A DNA stretch of 64,000 bases from positions 15,190,001 to 15,254,000 of the forward strand of contig OZ024749.1 in NCBI GenBank assembly GCA_964016885.1. The letters are read 5' to 3'. Shown piece after piece: positions 1 to 14,295 of the stretch. Below the pieces are notes generated by a model. The model was not told the DNA's origin and did not search any database. It worked only from the letters and a program-made list of their open reading frames with translations. This stretch comes from Eledone cirrhosa (lineage: Eukaryota). The translations under genes were made by a program, and so were the position numbers. Within the stretch, counting starts at the first letter, position 1. Every line of letters begins with the position of its first letter.

Positions 1-1046
1 ATTTATCATCATCATCACAACCATGTGTATTACCACCACCACCACCACATTTATCATCATCATCACAACCATGTGTACTACCACCACCACCACCACATTT
101 ATCATCATCATCACAACCATGTGTACTACCACCACCACCACCACATTTATCATCATCATCACAACCATGTGTATTACCACCACCACCACCACATTTATCA
201 TCATCATCACAACCATGTGTACTACCACCACCACCACCACATTTATCATCATCATCACAACCATGTGTACTACCACCACCACCACCACATTTATCATCAT
301 CATCACAACCATGTGTATTACCACCACCACCACCACATTTATCATCATCATCACAACCATGTGTACTACCACCACCACCACCACATTTATCATCATCATC
401 ACAACCATGTGTACTACCACCACCACCACCACATTTATCATCATCATCACAACCATGTGTATTACCACCACCACCACCACATTTATCATCATCATCACAA
501 CCATGTGTATTACCACCACCACCACCACACTTATCATCATCATCATCACAGCCATGTGTATTACCACCACCACCACCACCACCACACTTATCATCATCAT
601 CACAACCATGTGTACTACCACCACCACCACCACACTTATCATCATCATCATCACAACCATGTGTACTACCACCACCACCACCACACTTATCATCATCATC
701 ATCACAACCATGTGTACTACCACCACCACCACCACACTTATCATCATCATCACAACCATGTGTATTACCACCACCACCACCACACTTATCATCATCATCA
801 CAACCATGTGTACTACCACCACCACCACCACATTTATCATCATCATCACAGCCATGTGTATTACCACCACCACCACCACACTTATCATCATCATCATCAC
901 AACCATGTGTATTACCACCACCACCACACTTATCATCATCATCATCACAACCATGTGTATTACCACCACCACCACCACCACCACACTTATCATCATCATC
1001 ATCATCACAACCATGTGTATTACCACCACCACCACCACCACCACAT
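1..1046. repeat. 48-bp minisatellite (ATTTATCATCATCATCACAACCATGTGTAYTACCACCACCACCACCAC)n
   Basis: Unit read directly; copies vary in CAT/CAC triplet number. ORFs 23..1048 and 25..1080 are translations of it. Confidence 0.95.
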
Positions 1047-1176
1047 AGTGTCCACACATAGTGCTGGTGGTGCTGAATAAACAAATAAACCAACCAACTG
1101 GATGTTTATAATAAATTGAAGTGAAAACCAACAAATGAGTGTGTTTTTATTGGCAGCATGACCCTCCCAAAGTGTA

Positions 1177-1217
<41 letters not shown>

Positions 1218-1396
1218 ATCTCCTATCAGATATGTCAATATTTATAAAACAAACTTTGTATTTTATCTGATGAGAGCATACCAAAGTTTTGGTACCCTTG
1301 AAATATATATAATAGAATAAATATAGTTTCCATTTATTTAATATCATTGTTATATATATAAATATATATATATATATACACACTTCCTCTCGACCC

Positions 1397-1985
1397 CATA
1401 ATCTTCTGTATTCCCAATCCTTGCTCCCAAATACAGGAAGTCCTCAACAATTCTAGCGGCTTCCCGCCTACATTAGTAATCTTCTCTGGCTTCTTAATAT
1501 TCTCTACCAGATATTTTGTCTTAATCTCATTCATTCTCAGCCCCACACTCATCGACACAGTCTCCACCTCCTGCATCAAATTCTCTGCCTCCTTCACTGT
1601 GTTTGTCACCAAAACTATGTCGTCGGCAAATTCAGCATCTGATATCTTTTTTGCTTTAACTTTCCTGCTCTGAGCCGGTGCTACAGTAAAGAACTCAGAG
1701 CTGTACGGGAGCCTCTCAAAAGTCAACTCAAAAGTGACACAGAGGAGACTGAGGTTACCTGGACATGCTCACCGACATCCATAGTTGACACTGCACTCAG
1801 TGCTCCTTTGGGAGCCCCTGCATGGACGCACTGGAAGAGGAAGACCGAAGTTAACGTATGTTGATGCCCAAAGGACAGACACTGGTCTGTTGGAGACGCA
1901 GGACATGGTAGCGATAATGAGGGACAGAGACCGCTGGATAGAACTCGTTCATGGATCTCAGGAATTTTACCTGTCCTAGATAGAT
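1397..1985 (+). mobile_element. 5'-truncated, 5'-inverted RTE-like LINE fragment
   Basis: Minus strand ~1397-1692 encodes the RT region ISDAEFADDIVLV...GLRMNEIKTK. Plus strand ~1690-1979 encodes the C-terminus ELYGSLSKVNSKVTQRRLRL..GH..LLWEPLHGRTGRGRP, followed by a TAGA tail. Confidence 0.75.
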
Positions 1986-2157
1986 ATATATATATATATG
2001 TATATATATATCTATCTGTAAAAGAGTACTCAATACGAAGAGTACTCAATATCAAGAAGAGTTTCTTATAGTTCTGCCTGTTTATCACTGTATTAAACAT
2101 GCAGAACTCCAGAGTAACAACACTCACTATGTAGCCTTCATGAAATATATATATTGT

Positions 2158-2604
2158 GAAGGTGCATGGCTTAGTGGTTAGAGCATTGGCCTTGCAATCG
2201 AAAGGTTGTGAGTTCAATTCTCAGACCGGGTGATGTGTTGTTTCCTTGAGCAAGACACTTTATTTCACATTGCTTCAGTTTACTCAGCTGTAGAAATGAG
2301 ATGATAGGGACAGAGGTCACTATCATTCCACTGCAAAGTGGTCGTGGAGGTGCCATGGCAATAAAGCATCCAGCCCACACTGTAAAGTGGTTGTGTAGGC
2401 GCCACGGAAAAAAAAGCACCCAGTACTCACTGTAAATGAGGTTGGTGTTAGGAAGGGCATCCAGCTGGAAAAATCAAGCCAGAATCAGTTCCCATGTGAG
2501 CAAGACAAGGTCAGCCGACCGGACACTGTCCACAACAGGACAGCCCGTCTAACCCATGCTAGCGTGGAATAACGCACATAAAACAGTGATGATGATGATG
2601 ATGA
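2158..2604 (+). mobile_element. tRNA-derived SINE family A (CORE-like centre, RTE-type tail), long-tail form
   Basis: A box TGGCTTAGTGG, B box GAGTTCAATTC, MIR/CORE-like CCTTGAGCAAGACACTT, (GAT)n tail; at least 8 copies in the window. Confidence 0.9.
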
Positions 2605-2796
2605 TATATATATATATATATATATGGTGAAGTTATATCTGCGTAAATATAAAGTGTAATTGAGTATATATACAGATATAACTTTATTATACAATTCAGC
2701 TGCTGGCACACCTATTACTCACTGTTGAGTGCTCTAAATCAGTTATAAACATTTATATTCGTTGGACTTCCAACAAATTAAATACCCCTTCTACTT

Positions 2797-2914
<118 letters not shown>

Positions 2915-3345
2915 TATACCGACACATATGCATGTCCTTGCGTGTATATCCATGTATATGTCTGTGTATCCGTGTGTGTTCATGCATGTCCATGTATGTG
3001 TGTCTCTGTGTGTGTGTGTGTGTGTGTGTATCCCTGCCCCCATATGTGTCTACGTGTGTATGTCCATACATATGTCCATATATGTATGCCTACACCCCCC
3101 CCCATGTGTGTCCACGTGTATGTGTCCATGTATGTGTGTGTCTGTCTCCGTGTGTGTGTGTATCTGTCCCCGCTCCCATGTATATGTGTGTCCACACATA
3201 TGTCCGTGTCTCTCCAGCCATTCCCCTATTAACTCCATCAGTGTGACACCACAGTGTCTGTTTTGATATTAATCTGACTGGATTTGTTGATCTCCGGAGA
3301 CAGATCAACTGAAAATAGAAACTGATGATATGACTGCGAGCATTT

Positions 3346-3386
<41 letters not shown>

Positions 3387-3479
3387 CATTCATACGCACA
3401 CACACATATATACATACACACACACAAATATATACATCTACATATATATACACACATGAATATATACATCTACATACAT

Positions 3480-3521
<42 letters not shown>

Positions 3522-3889
3522 CTTAAGTTGATCAATAAAAAGCATTATGTGAAACTTCTTTGTGTTAAACTTTATATATATAATCATCTATCATCATCGT
3601 TTTCATCATCATCATCATTTTATATAAAGCGCCCAGTCCACCCTGTAAAGTGGTCGTGTTGATGCCACGATAAAAAGCACCCAGTCCACGTTGTAAATGT
3701 GATTGGAAGTATATCCAGCTGTAGAAACCAAGCCAGAATACAGATCCGTAAGAGCAAGATGGTCTCCCTTTCTTGAATTGTCTCATAATATGACAGCCCA
3801 TCTAAACCATGTCCTTCCCCCCACCACCACCACTAGCCTACACCCTACGGGGCGGGGGGTGTCTACTGCTGCATGGCCATCCTTCCCCT

Positions 3890-4510
3890 CCACCAGCACC
3901 TAGCCAAAAAGGAATATATCCGCAGGCATGATAGAGTTGGGACCTTCATACAGTGGAAGTTATGCCAACATTATGAAATACCAACAGAAAAAAGATGGTA
4001 CAAACACACACCAGAAAAAATGTCAGAGAATGACAAAGCAACCATTCTCTGGAATATGCCAATACATACAGACAGAAAGATCAAAACCAACCAATAAAAT
4101 ATTATAGTCAAAGATCACAAAGAAAAAAAATGTCTTCTAATAGATGTATCAATCCCCACAGATGACACTATATCTTCCAAGGAAATGGAGAAACTCTCCA
4201 AATATAAAGATCTAGAGATAGAAATGACTTGAATGTGGAAAATGAAAACTGGATACCTATAATAAAAGGTGTTCTGGGAATGAGGAAAAAACAAACACAG
4301 ACAAATATACATAACCAAAACTTACAACTATATACAGCATACGAAAGATAGCACAAGGCACTGCACACATTACAAAAAGTACTATCAATACAATAGAAAC
4401 ATCAGCAAACACTACACTGCACATACCCAAGGCACACACAGCTGTGCTCGGTAAAGCAATAATGATGTGCAATAAAAATGATGATAATGGTAATAATACA
4501 AATAATAATA
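3890..4510 (+). mobile_element. 3' fragment of an RLE-type (R4/Dong-like) non-LTR retrotransposon, decayed
   Basis: HLAKKEYIRRHDRVG...KATILWNMPIHTDRKIKTNQ...CLLIDVSIP...EKLSKYKDLEIE matches RHD and PD-(D/E)xK restriction-like endonuclease motifs; contains stops; AAT-rich tail. Confidence 0.75.
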
Positions 4511-5094
4511 ATTACGATGAGAATTCATTAAGTTTTGTTGGTTATAAATATATTATTAGCAGCTCACTGTCATTAATTATGGTTCTTCGTTGACACAGTA
4601 ACACTTTGGTATTGCTCTCTCTTTCTCTCTCTATCTATCCTTTCATCTCTCCCTCTCTCTCTATCTAAACTTCCACCTCTCTCCCCCTCTCTATCTTCTA
4701 TCTATCCTTCCGCCTCTCTCTTTCTCTGTCCAACAACACAGGTTTCATTATCCACATTTCCATAATTTTCACTGATACAGCTTAATTACACCTTAATGAC
4801 TGACTGATGTATATTGGCTGGGTGGCTGGATGGATGGATGGTTAGCTGGGTGGATAGTTGGTTGGAGAAATGGGAGGTTGACTGGATGGTTAGATGGGTG
4901 GTTGGGTGGCTGGATAGTTGTGTGTATGGATGATTAGTTAGTAGGTTAGCTGGTTGGGTGGTTGATTGGTTGGGTGGTGGGGTGAATGATGGATTGATAG
5001 ATGGATGCAGCATGTTCCAATGGATGTGCAACATTGATATGCATGAACGACGAAGGCACAGATGAGTTGAGGGATAAAACTGTGTAACAGAGGA

Positions 5095-5345
5095 CAAATT
5101 AGATGTTGTGTGCTGCAGAGAAGACTGCTGGTATCGACATGTAATGTATATGGAGGATACCAGTCTGGTCTGGATAAAGATGTGTCAGGGGTACCAAGTG
5201 GAAGGAAAACACAGAAGAGGAAGACTGAGGAGGACCTGGACAGAAGTGGTGAGAGGTGATCTCAGGATATTGAACTTCACAAAGATAACAAAGAAATGTC
5301 TACACACTGTCCAATCACATGCAAGCAGGGATGATGATGATGATA
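5095..5345 (+). mobile_element. RTE LINE 3'-end fragment
   Basis: WYRHV...VEGKHRRGRLRRTWTEVVRGDL C-terminal motif, then CATGCAAGCAGG and a (GAT)n tail. Confidence 0.6.
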
Positions 5346-5364
5346 TAGTTATGGCTTTTACTTT

Positions 5365-5722
5365 CTCAGTTCAAATCCAGCCAAGGTTAGCTTTGCTGTT
5401 TATCTTTACGGAGTTGATAAAATAAAGTACCTGTAACACACTGGGGTCGATTTGATTGACTTTCTCTTCCCCTTCCCCCCAATTGCTGGCCTTGTGCCTA
5501 TAGTAGAAATCATCATTATTATTATTATTGGCAGTATCGGTAGAGGGTCGGACGCCATGCTTTCTAGTATAGAGTTACGGCCCTTGCCATTCTGGACTGA
5601 GTTCAAATCCTGCCGAGGTTAACTTTGCCTTTCATCTTTACGGGGGTCGATAAAATAAAGTACCAGTAATGCACTGGGGTAATTGCTCGCCTTGTGCCAA
5701 ACGTAGAAACAATTATTATTAT
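5365..5722 (+). mobile_element. tRNA-derived SINE family B, two tandem copies (partial ~5365-5528, fuller 5528-5722)
   Basis: TTGGCAGTATCGGTAGAG head, GAGTTCAAATCC B box, centre TTTGCCTTTCATC...GGGGTCGATAAAATAAAGTACC, (ATT)n tail; further copies at 13962 and 55860. Confidence 0.8.
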
Positions 5723-5999
5723 TGCAGAGATGCTTTAGATAACAGAGAGTGTAGTGAAGGAGAGTGGTGGCCCTGCCATTACTGGTCTTCTTATAATTTA
5801 CACTAAACTCACTCTCGTTAGTGTCAGTCAAAAGAAGCAGTTAACTGGAATATTTTTAGAGACGACATCTTATGTCTAATATATACATATGTACATGTGT
5901 ATATATTAGACATATATGCATGTATATATGTGTGTGTGTATATATATATATATATAATCATCATCATCACCGTTTAACATCCATTTTTCCATGCTTATA

Positions 6000-6040
<41 letters not shown>

Positions 6041-6845
6041 GGGCACACAAACATATATATATATATATTTAATAGACATATGTATGTATATACATATGAA
6101 TATATATCATCATCATCACCATTTTACAACCATTTTCCACACTAGCACATATATAAATCATACAGACATATGTATGTCATATATATATATATATATATAT
6201 AGTCTGATTGAGGGCATCTAGTGCAGACATATGAAACATTGTTTAAATCTGTTTTGTTTGTTTGCCCCAAAAGTGTTGAATTATTTTTGTCTGTTTAGAC
6301 ATGGGGTAAAGGGCATAAAGGAAAGTACCAATGACCTTTCTCAGAGAGGGTGGTGGTGGGAGGGGGGTCCTAGACTGGTGTGGATGTGGGGTCCTAATGG
6401 GTTGAGTGTTCGCTGGCCCCTAATCGTGAGGGGATATGGTACGACCTACAGACAGGGTGACACATTGTGTTGGGCTTGAGCAAGGTACTTCATTTTCATG
6501 AACTACTTCCCTCAGCTGTGTACCAGTGGTAACTTGGGGTTAACCTTCCGATATCCTTGTGTTAGATTCAGGATTTGGAGTGGGAGGAGCAGATTGAGTA
6601 CTTAATCGCTTAACCTTTTTCATTACCATATTTTTAATGAAAGACACTGCCAGTGGTTCACAGATATTTTTTTTAATTAATCAAGAATTTGAAAGGATAT
6701 AATATGACTAACTTTCTCATAATTAAGCTGGTGTTTGGAACATAATATATCAAAATTTTCTTACATATGTGAATGGAGGTATATGTGTGTATATGTGTGT
6801 ATATATGTGTAGGTAAGTGTGTATATATGTGTAGGTGTATGTATG

Positions 6846-6898
<53 letters not shown>

Positions 6899-6971
6899 TA
6901 GCTGCTTTCATGTAGCTGTATGTATACATATGTGAATGGAGGTATATGTGTGTATATATGTGTAGGTATAA

Positions 6972-7007
<36 letters not shown>

Positions 7008-7071
7008 CATAGCTGCTTTCATGTAGCTGTGTATATATATATATATATATATCATAGCTGCTTTCATGTAG

Positions 7072-7124
<53 letters not shown>

Positions 7125-7129
7125 GTTAT

Positions 7130-7470
7130 GGAGGCACATGGCTTAGTGGTTAGAGCATTGGCCTTGCAATCGAAAGGTTGTGAGTTCAATTCTCAGACCG
7201 GGTGATGTGTTGTTTCCTTGAGCAAGACACTTTATTTCACATTGCTCCAGTTTATGTAGAAATGAGATGATAGGGATGATAGGTCCATATCATTCCACTG
7301 CAAAGTGGTCGTGGAGGTGCCACGGCAAAAAAGCACCCAGCACTCACTGTAAATGAGGTTGGTGTTAGGAAGGGCATCCAGCTGTAGAAATCTACCCAGA
7401 ATCAGTTCCCGTCTCACCCTTGCAAGCAGGGAAAAAGCGGACGTAAAATGAAATGATGAAAAATGATGAT
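7130..7470 (+). mobile_element. SINE family A, short-tail form
   Basis: Same head and core as 2158; ends CCCTTGCAAGCAGGGAAAAAGCGGACGTAAAATGA. Confidence 0.9.
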
Positions 7471-7713
7471 AGTTATGTAATAAACAACATAAGGCAATTA
7501 TTCCATTTACCAGTGGTTTCTTAAAAGCAAAAAATTTTGCTTTCAATCATCAGAATGAAAAATCCTGGTCTGTTTATTGAATTTGGATTTAAATCCAAAT
7601 TCAATAAACAGACCAGGATTTTTTCATTCTGATGATTGAAAGCAAAATTTTTTGCTTTTAAGAAACCACTGGTAAATGGAATAATTGCCTTATGTTGTTT
7701 ATTACATAACTAT
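7469..7713. repeat. Spacer-less ~245-bp palindrome (fold-back of an HHR-bearing PLE-type terminal repeat)
   Basis: Arms 7469-7590 and 7591-7713 are reverse complements apart from one T in a homopolymer; centre GGATTT|AAATCC. Confidence 0.9.
7623..7680 (+). ncRNA. Type I hammerhead ribozyme (mirror copy on minus strand ~7501-7558)
   Basis: UUCAUU-CUGAUGA-[UUGAAAGCA/UGCUUUUAA]-GAAA-CCACUG-GUA-AAUGGA: intact core and stems I/II, quasi-palindromic stem III. Confidence 0.8.
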
Positions 7714-7777
7714 TAAGCTCTGTTACCTACATAGAGCACTCTTTTTTCCTGGACTTTTCCGACGGAATTACTTCATT

Positions 7778-7842
<65 letters not shown>

Positions 7843-7987
7843 CATAGCTGCTTTCATGTAGCTGTATGTATACATATGTGAATAGAGGTGTATGTGTGTA
7901 TATATGTGTATATGTATGTATATATGTGCGTGTATATGTGCGTGTATATGTGTGTATATATGTGTGTGTATGTGTGTGTGTGTGTAG

Positions 7988-8033
<46 letters not shown>

Positions 8034-8211
8034 CATAGCTGCTTTCATGCATATGTGAGTGGAGGTGTATGTGTGTATATATGTGAGTAGGTGTGTGTAT
8101 ATATATGTGTGTGTAGGTGTATGTGTGTATATATATGTGTGTGTAGGTGTATGTGTGTATATATGTGTGTGTATAGGTGTGTGTGTGTGTATGTGTGTAT
8201 ATATGTGTATA

Positions 8212-8616
8212 GAGATGACCCCTTAGCCTTTGTCAAGGCAGAATTCTAGGAGAAGGAAAACTCTGATATAACACCTGCAACCCTGATGGTATCCAATGAT
8301 GTTGACTTGTTCTTCTTTTTGGTAAATATCATCTTGGTTAAGAGAGTGGGACTGGCTTTGTGCAGTGCCTTTGCTCACTATAAAAGCTTCATGGCACAGG
8401 CATTGCTTTATATCTGGAGATCTCTCTGCACTTGTCGTCACATGGTACCATGGGCCCAGCACTATGTGTCAATAATTGTCACAAGTGTAGTGTTTGTACC
8501 AGAGTTTTCAAGTCGCTGGCTGGACTAAAAAGTCACACTCGTTCAGCACATCGGTAGGGTTCTCCTACATGGATATAAAGTAGTGGCCGTACTCGAAAAC
8601 GAGTTGGCAGCCACCA
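8212..8616 (+). mobile_element. Non-coding interspersed repeat family C (RTE 5'UTR-like), 5'-truncated copy
   Basis: Near-identical reverse complement of 30328-30732; contains CTAGGAGAAGGAAAACTCTGA; flanked by TA/TG microsatellite. Confidence 0.7.
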
Positions 8617-8687
8617 TATATGTGTATATAAGTGTATGTGTGTATATGTGTATGTGTGTATGTGTGTGTATATATATATATATACAC

Positions 8688-8901
8688 ACACATGGCTTAG
8701 TGGTTAGAGCATTGGACTTGCAATCGAAAGGTTGTGAGTTCAATTCTCAGACCGGGTGATGTGTTGTTTCCTTGAGCAAGACACCTTATTTCACATTGCT
8801 CCAGTTTACTCAGCTGTAGAAATGAGATGATAGGGGCTGGGGTCCCTATCATTCGACGGCAAAGTGGTCGTGGAGGTGCCACGGCAAAAAAGCACCCAGC
8901 C
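8688..8901 (+). mobile_element. SINE family A, 3'-truncated
   Basis: Head and core match 7130. Confidence 0.85.
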
Positions 8902-9087
8902 AATACTGTGCGTAAGATGGCGCTGCCACTACCACGTTGACCATCCACTGGACATAGAAATATCATTCCTTGAAGCAAATCGGCCTAGTACTTCAAAAGT
9001 TAAAAGGAGCCTAGTATTTGTACACAGACAGATACATAGACAGACACACACACACACAGACCGACTTCCTTTTATATATATAGATAT
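8902..9087 (+). mobile_element. Possible Helentron-associated (DINE-1/HINE-like) non-autonomous element end
   Basis: AAATCGG..AGT..TT, ACAG microsatellite, terminal CTTTATATATATAGAT; assignment by resemblance only. Confidence 0.45.
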
Positions 9088-9569
9088 ATAGATATTTAAT
9101 ATAGAAATGGCTTCTACAGGACTAGAACTGTTTCATTCGGGCTTCCTGATCATATAGCTGTTCTCTTGTATGTATGTATACATGTAAGTGTGTATGTGTG
9201 TTTGTCTACATGAAAGTATGTGACTATATGTGTATGTACATGTATGTGTAGGTGTATGTGTGTAGGTGTATATGTATGTGTGTAGGAGTATGTGTGTATG
9301 TATATGTGTGTAGGTGTGTATGTGTATGTGTATGTGTGATGTATATGTGTGTAGGTGTGTATGCATGTGTGTAGGTGTGTATGCATGTGTGTAGGTGTGT
9401 GTGTAGGTGTGTATGCATGTGTGTAGGTGTGTATGTATATGTATGGTGTAGATGTATGTGAGTAGGTGTGTATGTATATGTATGTAGGTATGTATGTATG
9501 TGTATGTATGTAGGTGTATATACATATATTGCTATGTCAGTATTCAACAGCAGCACTATCATCATCACC

Positions 9570-12500
9570 ACTACCACTACAACAAACACTACTGCCACTA
9601 CCACTACCACCACAACAACCACTACAACAACCACTACTGCCACTACCACTACCACCACAACAACCACTACTGCCACTACCACTACCACCACAACAACCAC
9701 TACCACCGCAACAACCACTACTGCCACTACCACTACCACCACAACAACCACTACTGCCATTACCACTACCACCACAACAACCACTACTGCCACTACCACT
9801 ACCACCACAACAACCACTACTGCCACTACCACTACCACCACAACAACCACTACTGCCACTACCACTACCACCACAACAACCACTACCACCGCAACAACCA
9901 CTACTGCCACTACCACTACCACCACAACAACCACTACTGCCACTACCACTACCACCACAACAACCACTACTGCCACTACCACTACCACCACAACAACCAC
10001 TACCACCGCAACAACCACTACTGCCACTACCACTACCACCACAACAACCACTACTGCCACTACCACTACCACCACAACAACCACTACTGCCACTACCACC
10101 GCAACAACCACTACTGCCATTACCACTACCACAATCACTACTGCCACTACCACCGCAACAACCACTACTGCCACTACCACTACTACCACTACCACCTCCA
10201 CCACCACAACAACCACTACTGCCACTACCACTACCACCACAACAACCACTACTGCCATTACCACTACCACCGCAACAACCACTACTGCCACGACCACTAC
10301 CACCACAACAACCACTACTGCCACTACCACTACCACCACAACAACCACTACTGCCACTACCACTACCACCACAACAACCACTACTGCCACTACCACTACC
10401 ACCACAACAACCACTACTGCCACTACCACTACCACCACAACAACCACTACTGCCACTACCACTACCACCACAACAACCACTACTGCCACTACCACTACCA
10501 CCACAACAACCACTACTGCCACTACCACTACCACCACAACAACCACTACTGCCACTACCACTACCACCACAACAACCACTACTGCCACTACCACTACCAC
10601 CACAACAACCACTACTGCCACAACCACTACCGCCACAACGACCACTACTGCCACTACCACTACCACCACAACAACCACTACTGCCACTACCACTACCACC
10701 ACAACAACCACTACTGCCACTACCACTACCACCACAACAACCACTACTGCCACTACCACTACCACCACAACAACCACTACTGCCACTACCACTACCACCA
10801 CAACAACCACTACTGCCACAACCACTACCGCCACAACGACCACTACTGCCACTACCACTACCACCACAACAACCACTACTGCCACTACCACTACCACCAC
10901 AACAACCACTACTGCCACTACCACTACCACCACAACAACCACTACTGCCACTACCACTACCACCACAACAACCACTACTGCCACTACCACTACCACCACA
11001 ACAACCACTACTGCCACTACCACTACCACCACAACAACCACTACTGCCACTACCACTACCACCACAACAACCACTACTGCCACTACCACTACCACCACAA
11101 CAACCACTACTGCCACTACCACTACCACCACAACAACCACTACTGCCACTACCACTACCACCACAACAACCACTACTGCCACTACCACTACCACCACAAC
11201 AACCACTACTGCCACAACCACTACTGCCACAACGACCACTACTGCCACTACCACTACCACCACAACAACCACTACTGCCACTACCACTACCACCACAACA
11301 ACCACTACTGCCACTACCACTACCACCACAACAACCACTACTGCCACTACCACTACCACCACAACAACCACTACTGCCACAACCACTATTGCCACAACGA
11401 CCACTACTGCCACTACCACTACCACCACAACAACCACTACTGCCACTACCACCACAACAACCACTACTGCCACTACCACAACAACCACTACTGCCACTAC
11501 CACTACCACCACTGCCACTGCCACTACCACCTCAACAACCACTACCACCACAACAACCACTACTGCCACAACGACCACTACTGCCACTACCACTACCACA
11601 ACAACAACCACTACTGCCACTACCACTACCACCACAACAACCACTACTGCCATTACCACTACCACCACAACAACCACTACTGCCACTACCACCACAACAA
11701 CCACTACTGCCACTACTACTACCACAACCACTACTGCCACTACCACTACCACCACAACAACCACTACTGCCACTGCCACTACCACCTCAACAACCACTAC
11801 CACCACAACAACCACTACTGCCACAACGACCACTACTGCCACTACCACTACCACCACAACAACCACTACTGCCACTACCACTACTGCCACAACAACCACT
11901 ACTGCCACTACCACCACAACAACCACTACTGCCACTACTACTACCACAACCACTACTGCCACTACCACTACCACCACAACAACCACTACTGCCACTGCCA
12001 CTACCACCGCAACAACCACTACTGCCATTACCACTACCACCGCAACAACCACTACTGCCACTACCACTACCACCGCAACAACCACTACTGCCACTACCAC
12101 TACCACCGCAACAACCACTACTGCCACTACCACTACCACCACAACAACCACTACTGCCACCACCACTACCACCACAACAACAACCACTACTGCCACTGCC
12201 ACTACCACCACAACAACCACTACTGCCACTACCACTACAACGACCACTACTGCCACTACCACCGCAACAACCACTACTACCACTACCACTACCACTACCA
12301 CCACAACAACCACTACTGCCACTACCACCGCAACAACCACTACTACCACTACCACTACCACCACAACAACCACTACTGCCACTACCACTACCACCACAAC
12401 AACCACTACTGCCACTACCACTACTGCCACAACCGCCACTACCACTACTGCCACTACCACCACAACGACCACTACTGCCACTACCACCACAACAACCACT

Positions 12501-12615
12501 ACTGCCACTACCACTACCACCACAACAACCACTACTGCCACTACCACTACTGCCACTACCACTACTGCCACTACCACCACAACAACCACTACCACCACAA
12601 CAACCACTACTGCCA
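9570..12615. repeat. 33-bp minisatellite (CCACTACTGCCACTACCACTACCACCACAACAA)n, ~3 kb
   Basis: Unit read directly; 11-residue periodicity in all frames, and the ~1000-aa ORFs are artefacts. Confidence 0.95.
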
Positions 12616-12684
12616 TCATTATCATCACTATCATCATCATGTGCTCCCAAAGCTCCTTGAAACTTTAAACATTACACAATGCTG

Positions 12685-13400
12685 ATGGTGGTGGTGGTGG
12701 TGGTGAGTGGTGGTGTATGGTGGTGAGTGATGTATGGTGGTGGTGGTGTATGGTGTGGGTGGTGGTTGTGAGTGGTGGTGGTGATGGTTGTGTATGGTGG
12801 TGAGTGGTGTTGGTGCTGGTGAGTGGTGTTGGTGTGTGGTGGTGTATGGTGGTGGTGGTGGTGTATGGTGGTGGTTGTATATGGTGGTGGGTGGTGGTGG
12901 TGGTTGTGAGTGGTGGTGGTGGTTGTGAGTAGTGGTGGTCATGGTTGTGTATGGTGGTGAGTGGTGGTGGTGGTGGTGAGTGGTGGTGGTGGTGATCGGT
13001 GGTGGTGGTGAGTGGTGGTGAGTGGTGGTGGTGGTGAGTGGTGGTGGTTGTGTGTGTTGCTGAGTGGTGGTGGTGGTGGTTGTGTATGGTGGTGGGTGGT
13101 GGTGGTGGTTGTGTATGGTGGTGAGTGGTGGTGGTAGTGGTTGTGTATGGTGGTAAGTGGTGGTGGTGAGTGGTGGTGGTGGTGAGTGGTGGTGGTGGTG
13201 GTGTGGTGTGGTGTGGTCTCTGATGGTGGTTGTGTATGGTGGTGAGTTGGTGAGTGGTGGTGGTTGTGTATAATGGTGAGTGGTGGTGGTTGTGTATAGT
13301 GGTGAGTGGTGGTGGTTGTGTATGGTGGTGAGTTGGTGAGTGGTGGTGGTTGTGTATGGTGGTGAGTGGTGGTGGTTGTGTATGGTGGTGAGTGGTGGTC
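12685..13400. repeat. Degenerate (TGG)-based minisatellite
   Basis: Recurrent TGGTGGTGAGTGGTGGTGGTTGTGTA. Confidence 0.85.
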
Positions 13401-13914
13401 CCTCCTTCAACAAGTGTCAATCTCACACCCAGACACCACTCATACCATTTCTATAAATAGTATGGGTATGTTGTAATCTGGTAATATACCCCCACCTCCA
13501 TTAATTAAGTAATGTAATCATATTAAATGTTGTCTAATAAATGCTCGTTAACAATCTGAGTGGGAGGTTAATGAGATTAGCAGAGATTAACAGCCCCTAA
13601 TTACACAACAACTTACCCTACCTATCCACCACCCTTTTAAATATCTCAACATGTAATAAGGGCTTTTTAACCCTTTCATTACCAGATTTATAACATGATA
13701 TATGTCCTTTTTTTCTTTTACTGTTTCAGGCATTAGACTGCGGCCATGCTGGGGCAATGTGTTGGTTTAGTGGTTCATATCAACAATACCCACCCACATT
13801 TGTGTTTTTTAAGTCTGGTACTACCTATTTTATTAGCTTGTTTTTGACTACCTGCTAAGTTACAAAACTTAAACACGGGTACAAATGTAAACAAAGATAT
13901 TTACACACACGCAC

Positions 13915-13961
<47 letters not shown>

Positions 13962-13962
<1 letters not shown>

Positions 13963-14150
13963 GTTTCTACTTTTGGCACAAAGCCAGCAATTACCCCAGT
14001 GCATTACTGGTGCTTTATTTTATCGACCCCGTAAGGATGAAAGGCAAAGCTAACCTCTGCAGAATTTGAACCCAGAACACAAAGGGCCATAACTCTATGC
14101 TGCAAAGCATGGTGTCTGATGCTCTACCGATACTGCCAATCCACTAGCCC
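13962..14150 (-). mobile_element. SINE family B
   Basis: Reverse complement of 5528-5715. Confidence 0.8.
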
Positions 14151-14295
14151 TATATATATAATGTGTTGGTATGAACATGTGATGTGTATGAAGAATCATG
14201 CTTGTTTTATCAGCTTGTTTTGAGCAAACTGCTAAGTTATAGGACTTCAACACAGACTTAAATGTAAACACACACACACACATATATATATATAT

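Noticed and set aside
23-1080. His-rich protein ORF
   Set aside because: Translation of a 48-bp minisatellite that is open in multiple frames.
2020-2142. Minus-strand hammerhead (GAAACUC...GAGUA, stem AGUUCUGC/GCAGAACU)
   Set aside because: No CUGANGA; at most a truncated remnant. The same applies to ~54040-54105.
9224-12685. 1000+-aa poly-Thr/Val/His/Pro-Gln ORFs (mucin- or His-rich-like)
   Set aside because: Several frames on both strands are open because the 33-bp unit lacks stops; no unique domain or exon evidence.
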